NCBI RefSeq assembly: GCF_009914755.1
Contig: NC_060929.1
Direction: 5' to 3' (one strand)
DNA: 64,000 nucleotides
DNA from: the human T2T-CHM13v2.0 reference genome, Homo sapiens
The translations under genes were made by a program, and so were the position numbers. Shown here piece by piece: positions 18,178 to 35,419 of the stretch (positions within the stretch are counted from its first letter, which is position 1; each line of letters begins with the position of its first letter). The notes below the pieces were generated by a model, which made no database searches, was not told where the DNA came from, and was given only the letters and a program-made list of their open reading frames with translations.

Positions 18178-19128
18178 GAATTGATCCAGATTTCCAGGTG
18201 TATTGCTATAAAACTAACCATATTTTTATCTTATTAAAACAAAACAAAACTCCTCCATAACTATGTCTATGTTCCTTTTGCTTTTATTAACATTGAACAT
18301 ATTCTTGTTTTTAATCTAATTTTGTCTGTATTTAGGTCTATTTTTTGGTGGTGTTATTTCTTGTATGCCTGGCATCAACTTTTTTTTCAATTTCTTAGAC
18401 TATCTAAACTATTATGCTCTGAGTTTAGCTCAATTTCAATCAGCTACTCACTTTGAAAGAGTCATTTAACTCTCTTAAGCCATTCTCCACAAACATGAAA
18501 AATCTTCCTCTCACTCTTCCCTGCTGAAACACTGCAAAAGTATGTCAAAATGGTGTACTTTCTTGGCACAGGGTTTCAATAAACTTAGTTTTGCTTTAAT
18601 AACAAATTATCTGAATATATTTCAGGGAGTTCCACTGGTAAAAGCATAAAATCATGTTAGTTCAGGTCATCTTTTGTAAAGTTATGACAGTGCCATAGTA
18701 TCAATTCTTGTCAAAATTTATGACTTCAAAATCAACTTAATATGCATCAACATAGATATTTTTTAGTTAATTCTAGACTCCAGGTGCTCATTTAAATAAT
18801 ATGGGTACATAAGACTGAACAAAACCAGTTGCTATTGAATGTACATTTTAGAGAAATACTTCATACACAGCTGTGTTTTGTTAAATAAGGAACTTGATGA
18901 CATAATCAATATCACGGCAGCATACAACTGTTTGGTTAGTATGTCTCTTTAAACAAGCACATATGCTCATTCATGGAGTGTGTATTTGTATCTGTGTATG
19001 GTCTGTGTGGTGAAGCAGCAAGCAACAGTTGGATGTCTTAATTATCTAACAGGAAAAAACACCTAAATAATCAGAAGAAATTTTGATTTATTTATTAGTT
19101 CGACTGAGCTTTTCTCTTGAATGTAACA

Positions 19129-21875
<2,747 letters not shown>

Positions 21876-22682
21876 GTATTATATCCCATGTACACACACA
21901 CACACACACAGACTTAATCTGTTTACAGAAATAAAAGGAATAAAATACCGTTTCTATTATACACCAAAACTAGCCATCTTGACAGATACTTCACTCTGAA
22001 AAATAACGTTTTATAGCTACTTTACAGATTAGTATAATAATTTGGTGTTTCTGTTTCAGAGATTCGATTTCACATTTCAATAAGTAGGCCGCTCCCTCTG
22101 CTAAGCCTGGGAATGTAATTCTTTTGAAAAACTATCTGTGCTGTAAAATTACATGTCATATTGGGAAAAGGACAATCGCAAACAGTAGTCACACATAAAA
22201 TCAAGCAACACAGACATCCTTTTCACATACAGTGAAGACCCTTGTCAATTTTGAGATTACACAGGAAAACAGAATGGGGGACAAGTGTCTCTGACACATA
22301 GAAAATCCCGTGAAGAAGAACTCAGCTGACACAATCAAAACATACACAAAACTGAAAGAAACAAGGTGAGTGCTTTTTATATTAGTTCAGCTGTCAAGAA
22401 AGTGTAAAATAAACCTAACATTTTTTTACTAAGTGAGGATTTTCTTTTTTGAAACATCATCATTTATATTTATCCAGTTTGCAACTTCATCAGCTGAATC
22501 TCAGGATGTGTTCCATGACACTGAAGGACAATTAAATCATATCCATGACAATATATGAGAAGCTGACAGGAGAACATGGTGGCATTTGAATTAATGTCTA
22601 TCATTAGATAGAATTTCTGATCACATAATTTAAGTTGTAGTTTTCCATACAATTTAATCAAGATAAGCACTTATTAGGTGAG

Positions 22683-25063
22683 TGATATACTTTGGCTCTG
22701 TGTCCCCACACAAATCTCATGTTGAATCGTAATCCCCACGTGTCAGGGGAGGGGTCTGGTAGGAGGTGATTTGATCATGGGGGTGGATTTCCCATACTGT
22801 TCTCGTGACAGTCAGTGAGTTCTCACAAGATCTGATGGTTTAAAAGTGTGTGGAACTTCCCCCCGGCTCTTCTCTCTACTGACACCATGTGAAGAAGGCA
22901 CCTGCTCCCCCTTTACCTTCTGCCATGATTGTTAGTTTCCTGAGGCCTCCCAGTCGTGCTTCCTGTTAAGCTTGCAGAACTGTGAGTCAATTAAACCTCT
23001 TTTCCTCATAAATTACCCAGTAGTTCTTTATAGCAGTTTGAGAAGAGATAGATACAGAAAATTGGTACCAGAGAAGTGGGGCATTGCTATAAAAATACCT
23101 GAAAATATGGAAGTAACTTTGGAACTGGGTAACAGGCAGAGGTAGGAAACAGTTTGGAGGACTCAGAAGAAGACAGGGAGATATGGGAAAGTTTAAATCT
23201 TCCTAGAGACCTGTTGAATGGTTGTGAACAAAATGCTGATAATGATTTGGATAATGAAGTCCAGGCTGAGGGGGTCTCAGATGGAGATGAGGAACTCATT
23301 GAGAACTGAAGAAAAAGTTACTCTTGCTATGCTTTAGCAAAGAGACTGACAGCCTTTTGACCCGGCCCTAGAGATCTGTGTAATGTTGAACTTCAGAGAG
23401 ATGATTTAGGGTATCTGGTGAAACAAATTTCTAAGCAACAGACCTTCCAACATGTGGCCTGGCTGCTTCTAAAAGTTTATGCTCATGTCCATGAAGAAAG
23501 AGATGGCTTGAAACTGAAACGTATATTTAAAAGGAAAGCAGACCATAAAAGTTTGGAAAATTTGCAGCCTAACCATATAGTAAAAAAGAAAAACCCACGC
23601 TCTTGGGAGAAATTCAAGCAAAAATTTGCATAAGTAAAGAGGAGCCAAATGTTAATGGCAAAGACAATGTGGAATACGTCTCCAGTACATTTCAGAGACC
23701 TTTGAGGCAGCCCCTCCCATTATAAGCCTGGAGGCCTAGGAGGGAGAAATTGTTTAGTGGGATGGGCCCAGGGCCCTGCTGCTCTGGGCAGCCTCGGGAC
23801 ATGGTGCCCAGTGTTCCAGCTGCTCAGCTCCAACTGTGGCTAAAAGGGTCCAAGGCACTACTCAGGCCATTGCTTCAGAGAATACAAGCCTCAAGCTTTG
23901 GTGGCTTCCACATGAGGCTGGGCCTGTGGTTGTGCAGAAGGGAAGAGGTGAGGTTTGGGAACCTCCATCTAGATTTCAGAGGATGTATGGAAATGCCTGG
24001 ATGTCTAGGCAAAACTCTGCTGCAGAAGTGGAGCCCTTATGGAGAACCTCTACTAGGGCAGTGCAGAGGGAAAATGTGGGGTTGGAGCCCCCACACAGAT
24101 TCCCCACTGGGGCACTCCCTACTGGAGCTTTGAGAAGAGGGTCATAGTGCTTCAGACCCCAGAATGGTAGATCCACTGACAGCTTGCACAGTGTGCCTGG
24201 AAAAGTCACAGGCACTCAATCCTAGCCTGTGAAAGCAGCTGTGGGGGCTGTGCCTTGCAGAGCCACAGAGGCAGAGCTGTCAAAGCTCATGGGAGCCCAG
24301 ATATTGCATCAGTATGCTCTGGACGTGAGAGATGAGGTCAAAGAAGATTGTTTCAGAGCCTTAAGATTTAATGACTGCCTTGTCGGGTTTTGGACTTGCA
24401 TGGGGCCTGCAGACCCTTTGTTTTGGCTAATTTCTCCCTTATGGAATTGGAGTGTTTACCTGATCCCTGTACCCCCACTGTTGTCTTGAAATTAACTAAC
24501 TTGTTTTTGATTTTACAGGCTTATAGGCAGAAGCGATTTGCCTTGTCTCAGATGAAACTTTGGACATGGACTTTTGAGTTAATGCTGGAATAAGTTAAGA
24601 CTTCCAGTCTGTTGGGAAGGCATGATTGGTTTTGAAATGTGAGAAGGACATGATACTTGGGAGGGGCCAGAGGAGAAATAATATGGCTTGGCCCTCTGTC
24701 CCCACCCAAATCTCATCTCAAATTGTAATCCCCTCATGTCAAGAGAGGGGCCTGGGTGGAGGTGACTGGATCATGGGAGCAGATTTCCACATGCTATTCT
24801 CATGATAGTGAGTGAGTTCCAAGAGATCTGATGGTTTAAAAGTGTGTGGCACTTCCCTCCTTGTGCTCTCTCTCTCCTGGTGCCATGTCAAGAAGAACCT
24901 TGTTTCCCCTTTGCCTTCCACCATGATTTTCTGAGTTTCCTGAGTCCTCCCATTCATGCTTCCTGTAAAGCCTGAAGAACTATGAATCAATTAAATCTCT
25001 TTTCTTCATAAATTACTCAGTCTCAAGTCATTCTTTATATCATTGTGAAAACTGACTACTACG
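22683..25063 (+). mobile_element. Complete MaLR element (MSTA/THE1D type): LTR 22683-23056, internal 23057-24678, LTR 24679-25063
   Basis: Two similar LTRs (TGATAT..TTTGGCTCTGTGTCCCCAC), internal start GAAAATTGGTACCAGAGAAGTGGGG, purine tract before the 3' LTR, TSD GTGAG/GTTAG. Confidence 0.93.
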
Positions 25064-25506
25064 GTTAGCAATCTTAAAGAATACTTGTGATTTTGAGAAT
25101 CAGGCACATATTTTTTTAATAATCGGACTGCTTACAATTGTTTAACTCCTTGCAACTTATAGTTAGTGCCTAAAACTTTGATGACTTTCATTACATTTCA
25201 ATGGCTCTGTTCCCTTATAGCAAACTACCTTTTTTACTGTACTTACTGTAACTACAGTGCATTTATTTTCAGCCCAAATAGTATTCAGTAATAAGCATTT
25301 CTTCCCACATAAGAATAAGTTATATTCCTATTCACTATATTCTAGAATTTCTATTTTCCTTCCACAGTGCCAGCTAAAATTAAAGTGGAATAATCTATTG
25401 GGGCCCTGTGTATTTAATGTTTGTTTTCTTAGTATATTATAAACACTGTGAAGGAAGGAAATCCTTGCCTCTTGTTTATACTTTTATCTCCATTATAGAA
25501 ACACTC

Positions 25507-26013
25507 TGCATTATTTTCTTACTGCTGCTGTAGCCAATTACTACAAAGTTAGTGGTTTAAAATAGCACAAATATAGTGTCAAACAATTGTGTTTGTCAGA
25601 TGTCTGCAATGCATCTTATGAGGCTAAAATCAAAGAGTGAGAACTGTTGTGTTCCTTTCTGAAGGTTTTAGGGGAAAATCAGTTTCCTTGACTTTTCCAG
25701 CCTCCAGAGGCTGTCCTGATTTGTTAGCTTATGGTCTTTCATTTGTTCAAACCAGAAATGCTGTGTCTCTCTGACCATTCTTTTGAAATCATACCACCTT
25801 ATGTTTCTAGCCAAGAATGTTTCCCTAGTTTAAACCCATTTGATTACACTGAACTCAAAAGGACACTTTTTCATCTTACCATCCTTAACATTATAATACT
25901 TGCAAAGCCCCTTTTACCAGATAGTTAACATATTCACAGCTTCCAGAAATCAGGACATGCGGTTTTTTTTTTGTTGGTTTGTTTGTTTTGTAAACCATTA
26001 TTTTGCTTACTAT
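25507..26013 (-). mobile_element. MLT1 (C/D-like) solo LTR
   Basis: CTGCTGCTGTAGCCAATTACTACAAAGTTAGTGG...TTCCTTGACTTTTCCAGCCTCCAGAGGCTG...ACATATTCACAG. Confidence 0.75.
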
Positions 26014-27537
26014 ACTGTCTTAATTGGAGGAAGCAACTTCTTCGAATAGGTGAATTAATTTCAAATTGATAATGTGATTCTGAATGAACATTAAAGAAAT
26101 CAACTATTACACCGAACATTACTTTATTGAGCTAAACAAATATTAACTGACTATATAAAATTCATTACACATTTGGAGATAGAATTTTGTACTTTTTAAT
26201 AAGACTTTTTACATTTTTTGCAATCCTTTTTCTTATTTAAAAAATCAGTACTGTATTAGTACCCACAATATAAGTTTGTTCTAAGAATCAAATGAGATAA
26301 ACATTTCAGACACCTATCATAGTATCAAGTTCATATCGTAAGCCTAAAATATCAGATGACTTTTATTATTTTCAGAATGTAGTCAAAATCAACATAAAGT
26401 TACATTAACACTTGGTTTACTGTATCATAATGCTAGCTTTGTGTCATATCTATCTAGAGAGTACACTGAATAGCTTAAACCAAGTAGAAGGTGATTTCTT
26501 GCTTACATAACAGTTTACCATAAGTAATTTTGGCTAAAGACGCATCTTTCCTGCAAAAAATAATTCAAGTTAACGAAGGATCTACTGTTACCAAATTGTA
26601 TCTTCCCAGATTACTTTGTATATATCACCATTCCAGAAGACAAAAGACTACTCATGAAATACAATTTGCACACTTCTTTATATATGAAAAATTCACTTTT
26701 CTTCCCTCTGTAAACAACTTAAAGTTTTGCCCAGTTACTGCCTACAACTTAGAGTTCAGGATGTTTCATGACGTGCAGTTCTCTCCCTCAGGCCACTATA
26801 TGACTTAACGAGGACTAGTGTCCTATAAAGTCAAAAGACAAATTATCTGTAAAATCTAAGTTACCATGGTGAAGCTCCTATCAGAAGACAAAGAAGTCTG
26901 CAGAGCACTGACAAAAATATTTCTGAGCAGTACAAATATTTATTTGATGAAACCATAAACATGTCCTGTGGAAATAACTTTAAGGTCCATTGTCCCTGTG
27001 GCTCATAGATTTACTTTCTGAGGTAATTTACATTTTCTCTTATTCTCCATGCCTCCATCTTAAATTAGAACAATGAGTGTTTTCTCAGCATGACTAATCA
27101 ATTGCACTGATTAGTGCAATTTGGGATGCTTGAGGATATTTTAAGCCTTAATTTTTTTTCTCACAATAGGCTTATTGTACCTTTGCCAAGTAGTTATGTG
27201 GAAACCATTTATTTATTTATTGGATCTAGTTTATAACCAAACATACAGTTCTTTCCTAGGTATAATTCTAAAGTCTGCCTCATTTCCTTCTTTTTTCTCC
27301 TCCCCAACACACATATGCTTCTCTGACTGTAAAGATGACCACTTTAAGGTCATTTGAAATCACAGACTTGAAAGAGAAAACAACTTCCCTGATGAGTTCT
27401 TTGCTTCAGGGCTGGGTTCCTTGTTTTTTATGAACACAGTAGGATTTAATTTCTGAGCAGCTTTTTCAACCTAATCAGAAAAACCTGAGCTTTTCTGTCA
27501 CTGTATAATTCCACCATTACTAGACTTTTTGTTTACA

Positions 27538-27750
27538 AGTGGTTTCCAACAAGGAATGACTTTGTTTCCATAGAACACTTGTCAGTGTCTGGAGACATTT
27601 TGAATTATAATGATTAGGTGGTGATGCTACTGGTATGTGGTGGTATAGCCTAAAGATACTATTAATATCCTACAATGCAAAGAATAACCTCCCACAGAAT
27701 GCAGGAATATCAGGCATAAAATGTCAATAATGCTAAGGTTTAGCAACTCA
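27538..27750. mobile_element. MER20 hAT fossil
   Basis: CAGTGTCTGGAGACATTTT...GATGCTACTGG...ATCCTACAATGCA...AAAATGTCAATAATGCTAAGGTT. Confidence 0.82.
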
Positions 27751-28501
27751 ACTCTATCCACTTTCTTTCCACTCTAAAGACAGGATATTTCTTTTTTTTT
27801 TTTTTTTTTTGCCTGTGTTTATCTATTTCTTGGATTATGGAACAGAACAAACATGAACACATTACCTTTTGCCTTTCCTCATTTCCCACACTCTTTCCTA
27901 GAGGTAATATTAAGCTTCCAATTAATTTTAGATGGTAGTTTCAATAATTTTTTTTCACTGGGTATTACAAGTCTTCATTTCAACCCTCTGAGTTTGGTTT
28001 ACTTGTCCATTTAATACTAATTTAGTGGATACGTTTTAGGTGCTGTTATGGCAGACCCAACTCAAGCTGGTGATTTCTATATTACTTGGAATCGTGCTAG
28101 TTGCTTTGACAACTACACTCAACAACATATAATATCTTAAACAGAACAGAAGTTTCATTCATATAAACTGTTTTTTTAAGATAGGAAAAGCATTGCTCCT
28201 TTATGTCCGCATTCAAGAACATAGGCTACTAAGGTATTTAATCTGCAGTATGTTGCTTCCAAGACTACTGTAGAATTGGCCGTTCCAGTCAAGCATACTG
28301 AAAAACGTATACAGAAGAGTGCATGTTGGGATTTTGGAGACTAAATTGGATATAAAATATGTTATTTCTACTAATTTTCCACTATTTTGACTTTAATCCC
28401 ATGCCCTAATATAAAGTATATAAGAATGAGAAACATAGTTTATGTATCTATCAAAATAGAACATAAATGTTTGTGAACATTTGAATCTGTCAGCTTCTCT
28501 T

Positions 28502-28709
<208 letters not shown>

Positions 28710-28789
28710 TTAATACAGTTAAATTTTTGGATTAAAAAAGTCTGCCACTTTGTGAATATGTTTTATTTAGGCTTGATTTAGTTAATTTT

Positions 28790-29136
<347 letters not shown>

Positions 29137-32100
29137 CTAATTAAGATTGAGGCAGAAGAAATGGGTCCTTGGGATTTGAAAATTACTATTCAATTTGGAA
29201 GTTTAATTTGCAACATAGATTGTCTGTTATTAAATTACTAGATATAATATCACAAAGGTGGAAAGAAAGGTTGCTTAGTTAAAGATCTAAGTTACTAGTC
29301 ATGGTGTCAGATATAGAGAATGATTGAAGGTTATCAGAGTCACACACCAGATGAGTAAATTGTTGTTTTCAAGGAAGAGGTTACATAAAGGTAAGCGGAG
29401 TAATATTTTAGCATTTTTGTTAATTAAAAATTTGTAAAGTTATTTCCATTTCAAGGAAATTACTCTCAGTAATTTTACGGGTAAAATGACAAATTCCAAG
29501 TTTAATTTTCACATGTAACACCCTCCTTGAGCACTTATTTTTATAAAGCTATTAATCTATTTTGGTCTCAATTTACCTTTCTTTAAAGAGATTTTAAAAT
29601 TTTCTGAAAGAAGCTAACATCTGGAAGTGTAGCTGTTATATTTTTCAATTTTTAATTACATATTTAATTATCCTTTAATTACTTAAGGTTATTCTCAAAA
29701 GTGAAGAGAAAGCTGGGATCACACTGCGTAAGATTTTACTCCTGAATGTAATATTCAAAAATGTTACAAAGTCTATCAAAAGGTTTTCATTCTGTGACAA
29801 TACATGGTCAATTTGACATGGTCAGGAAGCACCACCCCCACTGAGAGATACCAAATTATGGAGTAAACCACCGTAATTTAGGCAGATCTTGAGAGAGAAA
29901 ATGCTGAGTGGATGCAGAGGCAGCAATGAAGCTGAGCTGAAGAGGGAGGAAGCCTGTGCAGGGAACCCAAACACTACAGCTAGTTCCCCAGAATGGCTCC
30001 TAGGAAAGGGCCTCTGCCTGAGAGAGACCTGTGGCCTAGAACACCTAACACAAGAAACACAGTGATTGCAGGAGACTCCCCCAGGGCCCAGGAGCACATC
30101 TGGTGATGGAGGCATCTCTCCCACCCCCACTATAGAGCACACCTGCAAACAAAAGGAAGTATAAAACAGCCATGCCACTGGGTATTAGGCTAGCCACTGG
30201 CCATCACTCTTAAGCACTATGCATTGGATCACATCCCAAACTACAACATCAAAATTTATCCTGCTACATATACACCTGTGAAACCAAACACCAGAATTAC
30301 TCATACATAAAAATCCTGGACAGAGAAAGCCCTGACCCTTTGAAAGCATCCAGAAACAAAACCAATTGCCTATACTCAACATACACTACAGTTAAAGGAA
30401 CACTAACCCTACCAGAAGAGAAAAAATCAGTGCAAGAACTCTGGCAATTCAAAAAGCTAGAGTGTCCTCTTACCTCAAAATTAGCCCACTAGCTACCAAG
30501 CAATGGTTCTTAATCAGTCTAAAATAATTGCAACAGACATAGAATACAGAACCTCGATGGCAGGGAAGCTCATGAACATTAAGGAGAAAGTTGAAACCCT
30601 AGCCAAGTAATCCAGTAAAGCAATTTAAGTAAGTGCTGAAAGATGAAATTGCCATTTTAAACAACAGCCACACTGAATTTCTAGAGCAGAAAAAATTCAG
30701 TATAAGAATTTTATAATACAATAAGAAATATTAACAGAAGGTAGGCCAAGCTAAGGAAAGAATCTCAGAGCTCAAAGACTGGTTCGTTGAATCAACTGAG
30801 TCAAAAGAAAATTTTAAAAAAGAATTAAAAAAAGAAAATGAACCAAAGCTTTAAGAAATATGGAATTATATAAAGAGACCAAATCTACGACTCATTGTCA
30901 TTCCTAGAAGAGAAACAAAGAGAAAAGGCAACTTGGAAAATAGATTTGAGAATAGAGTCTATGAAAATCTTCCTAACCTCGCTAGAGAGAGTGACATGTA
31001 AATCCAAAAAATACAGCAAACCCAGCTAGGCACTACAAAAGGTGACTATCCCTAAGGCACACAGTCATCATATTCACCAAAGTAAATACAAAAGAAAAAA
31101 AAAATCTTAAAGGCAGCTAGAGAGAAAGGTCATGTTTTCATAAAGCAAGAACTCCACTAGGCTAGTAGTAAATATCTCAGCAAAAACCTTACAAGCCAGA
31201 AGAGATTAAGGGCCTATGTCCAACATCATTAATGAAAATAAATTCCAGGCAATAATTTTATATTTCACTAAACTAAACTTCCTAAGTGAAGAAGAAACAA
31301 ATTTCTCCTCAGATAAGCAAATACTGAGGGAATCAATTTCAACTTGACCAGCCTTATGAAAGGTCCTTAAGGGAGTGCTATACATTGAGTAAAAAGAATG
31401 ACACCTGCTACCACAAAAACCCACTGAAGTACATAGCTCACAGGCACTATAAAGTATCTACACAATCAAGTCTACCTAAAAACCAGCTACAAACGTGATG
31501 ATAGGATCAAAATCTCATGTATCAACATTAACCATAAATGTAAATAGGCTAAACACCCCCACTTAAATGACATACAATGGCAAACTGGATAAAAATGCAA
31601 GGCTCACCATCTGTAGTCTTCAAGAGACTCATCTCATATGTAATGACAGCCACTGGCCCAAAATAAGGGGATGGAGAAAATCTGCCATGCAAATGATAAC
31701 AAAAAAGCAGGAGTAACTATTCTTATATCAGATAAAACAGACTTTAATCAAAATTAAAAAGAACAATTGAAGAATGAAGAGCATTACGTCATGAGAAAGT
31801 ATATGATCAAACAAGAATACTTAAGTACCCTAAATATAAATGCACCCAACATGGAGCACCCAGATTCATAAAACAAGTTCTTTTTGGACTACAAAAAGAC
31901 AGACGACCACCCAATAACTGTAGGAGACTTCAACACCCCCGCTGGCAGCACTGGATCATCAAAGCAGATAACCAAGAAAGAAACTGTGTACTTAAACTTC
32001 ACACTTGACCATTTGGACCTAATAAGACATCTACAGAACACTCCACTCAATAACCACAGAATATACATTCTTCTCATCTGCACAGGGAACATATTCTAAC

Positions 32101-33864
32101 ATTGACCACATGCTTGGTCATAAAGCAAGTCTGGATAAATTTTAAAAAATGAAATCATATCAAGCACACTCTTAGATCTCAATGTAATCAAAATATAAAT
32201 AAATATCAACATCTCTCAACACTACACAAATAGATGAAAATTAAACAACTTTCTCCTGAATAACTTCTGTGTGAAAATCAAAATTAAGGGAGAAATTTTA
32301 AGAAAGTGAAATTAATGAAAATGGGAACACAAATTACCAAAATCTCTGGGATGCAGCTAAATCAGTGTTAAGAGGAACGTTTAAATGCCTTTATCATAAA
32401 GTTAGAAATACTTCAAATTAACAATCTAACACTACACCTAAAGGAACTAGGGAAGAAAAAAAAAAGAACAACCCTACATCAACGCTAGGAATGAAAAGAA
32501 ACAACTAAAATAGAGAAGATCTGAATGAAATTGAGATGCAAAAATCCATACAAAAGATTAATGAAACCAAGAGTTGATTTAAAAAAAGAGATTGATAGAC
32601 CTTTAGCTAGATAAACAAAGAAAAAAAAGAGAAGATCTAAATATATAAATCAGAATGACAAAAACGACATTAAAAATGGTCCCACAGACATACAAAATAA
32701 TCCTCAGAGAATACTAGGAATAACTCTAGACACAAAAATTAGAAAATCTAGAGGAAATGGATAAATTTCTGAAAACAGGCAATCTTCCAAGATTGAATCA
32801 GGAAGATACTGAAATACTGAAGAGACCAATATGAAGCTCTGAAATTGAATAAGTAATAAAAAATCTACCAAGCCAAAAAGCCCTGGACTATATGGATTCA
32901 CAGCAAAATTCTACCGGAAGTATAACGAAGAACTAGTACAATTCTACTGAAACTATTCCAGAAAAGTTGAAGAGAACGTACTCCTTCCTAACTCACGCTG
33001 TGAAGCCAGAAGCAGCTTAATACCAAAACCTGGCAGAGACGCAAAAAAAAAGAACATTCAGGTGACCACTGTTGACGAACATAGACTCAAAAATTCTCAA
33101 CAAAGTACTAGCAAACTGAATCCATCAGCAGCATATCAAAAAATTAATCTACTATGACAATACAGGCTTTATTCCTGGGATGCATGGCTGGTTCAACATA
33201 TGCAAATCAATAAATGTGATTCACCAGATAAACAGAATTAAATCAAAAACCATATGATCATCTCAATGGATGCCGGAAAAGCTTTCAATTAAATCCAGTG
33301 TCCCTTCATGAAAAAACAAAACAAAAAAAAACCCTCAACAGTTGAGGCTTCAAATAAGCATACTTCAAAATAAAAAAGAGCTATCTACAACAAACCCACA
33401 GCCAATATAATACTCAATGGGCAAAAGCTGAAAGCATTCTCCTTTAGAAATGAAACAAGCCAAGGACATCCACTCTTACCACTCCTATTCAACATAGTAC
33501 CAGAAATCCTAGTCAGAGCAATCTTGCAACAGAAAAAGAGAAAAGCACCCAAATAGGAAGTAAAGATTAAGGCAAACTATCTGTCTTCACCCAACAATAT
33601 CCTTCTATACCTAAAAAACCTTAAAGACTTCAACAAAAGTCTACTAGAAATGATAAAGGATTTTAGCAAGGTTTCAGGATACAAAATCAATGTACAACAA
33701 TTAGTAGCATTTCTATACAACAACAACATCCAGGTTGAGAGTTAAATTAAGAACACAATCATATTTACAACACCTAGGATGAAAATAAAATCCCTGCAAA
33801 TACAACTAACCTAAGATGTGAACGATCTCCACAAGGAGAATTACAAAACACAGCTGAAATCTGA

Positions 33865-34128
33865 AGCTGGATGCAGTGGTTCATGCCTTTGGGAGGCCGA
33901 GGCAGGTATATCGCTTGGACCCAGGAGTTTGAGACCAACCTAGGCAACATAGTGGAACCTCATCTATACAAATTTTTTTTTTTTTTTTAAATAGCGAGGC
34001 ATGGTGGCACATGCCTGTAGTCCTAACTACCCTGACGGCTTGAGGCCAGGAGTTCAAGCCTGCAGTGAGCTATAATAACTCCACTGCATTCCAGCCTGGG
34101 TGAAAGGGTGAGACTCTGTCTGAAAAAA
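33865..34128 (+). mobile_element. AluJ nested in L1
   Basis: Diverged dimeric Alu (GGGAGGCCGAGGCAGG...GCAGTGAGCTAT...GAGACTCTGTCT) interrupting ORF2. Confidence 0.9.
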
Positions 34129-34282
34129 GGAAGGAAATAAGAAAAGGAAGGAACGATGGAAGGAAGGGAGGAAGGGAGGCAGGGAGGGAGGGAGGGAGGG
34201 AGGGAGGGAGGGAGGGAAGGAAGGAAGGAAGGAAGGAAGGAAGGAAGGAAGGAAGGAAGGAAGGAAGGAAGGAAGGAAGGAG
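34129..34282 (+). repeat. Polypurine (GGGA)n/(GGAA)16 microsatellite from an Alu tail
   Basis: 16 uninterrupted GGAA units at 34215-34278, preceded by GGGA units. Confidence 0.97.
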
Positions 34283-35115
34283 ATTTTGATAACACAAATA
34301 AATGGAATAACATTCCATGTTTACAGATTAAAAGAATCAATATTGTTAAAATGGCCACACTGCCCAAAGCAACTTGTAGATTCAAGGCTATCTCCATGAA
34401 ACTACCAACATCATTCTTCACAGAATTAGAAAAAACTATTCTAAATTTATATGGAACACCCCCAAAAGCCAGAATGGCCAAAGCAATTCTGAGCAAAAAT
34501 AATAAAGCCAGAGAGGCGTCATACTACCCAATTTCCAGCTATACTATAAGTGTACACTAACCATGATACTGTTACAAAAGCAGACACTTAAGCCAATGGA
34601 ACAGAATAGAACACTCAAAAATAAAGCTGCACACTTACCACCATCTGGATCGTGGACAAGGCCAACAAAAACAAACAATGGGGAAAAGGCACCCTATTCA
34701 ATAAATGGTGCTGGGATAATTCGCTAGCCATAAGCAGAAGAGTGAAACTGGATGCTTACCTTCCACCATACACACAAATTAATTCAAGATGGATTAAAGG
34801 TTAAAATGTAAGACTTCAGATTATGAAAACTCTAAAACAAAACCTAGGAAATATTTTTCTCGACATTGGCCTTGGCAAATAATTTTTGGCTAAGTTTCTA
34901 AAAACAATTGCAACAAAAACGAAATTGACAAGTGAAAGTCAATCAAACTAAAAAGCTTCTGCACAGCAATAGAAACTATCCACAGAGTAAACAGACAACT
35001 TACAGAATGGGAGAAAATATTTGCAAACTATGCATCTGATAAAGATCTAATATAACAAATCCATAAGGAAGAAAAAATGACAAGCATAAAACAACCCCAG
35101 TTAAAAAGGGCAAAG

Positions 35116-35419
35116 CTAATACAGGAGCAGAAAATCAAACTCCGCATCTTCTCACTTATAAGTGGGAGCTGAACAATGGGAACACATGGACACAGGGAGG
35201 GGAACAACACACAATGGGGAACAACACACAACACACACTATAATTTTCTGTAGGGGGTTGAGGAGAGGGAGAGCATCAGGAAAAATAGCTAATGCATGCT
35301 GGGCTTAATACCTAGGTGATGGGTTGATAGGTGCAGCAAACCACCACCACACACGTTTATCTATGTAACAAAACTGCGCTTCCTGCACATGTACCCCAGA
35401 ACTTAAAATTTAAATCAAG
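35116..35419 (+). mobile_element. Short L1 3'-end insertion (L1PA10-13-like) nested in the older L1
   Basis: 3'UTR GGGAGAGCATCAGGAAAAATAGCTAATGCATGCTGGGCTTAATACCTAGG; TSD AAAAGG(G)CAAAG on both sides; the host ORF2 resumes at GACATGAACAGA. Confidence 0.88.

Noticed and set aside
23418-24593. Several 70-130 aa ORFs
   Set aside because: They lie in the MaLR internal region and are decayed fragments, not a gene.
26430-28450. Possible additional ancient MaLR LTR or internal fragments
   Set aside because: Similarity is too weak to set boundaries or a family by eye.
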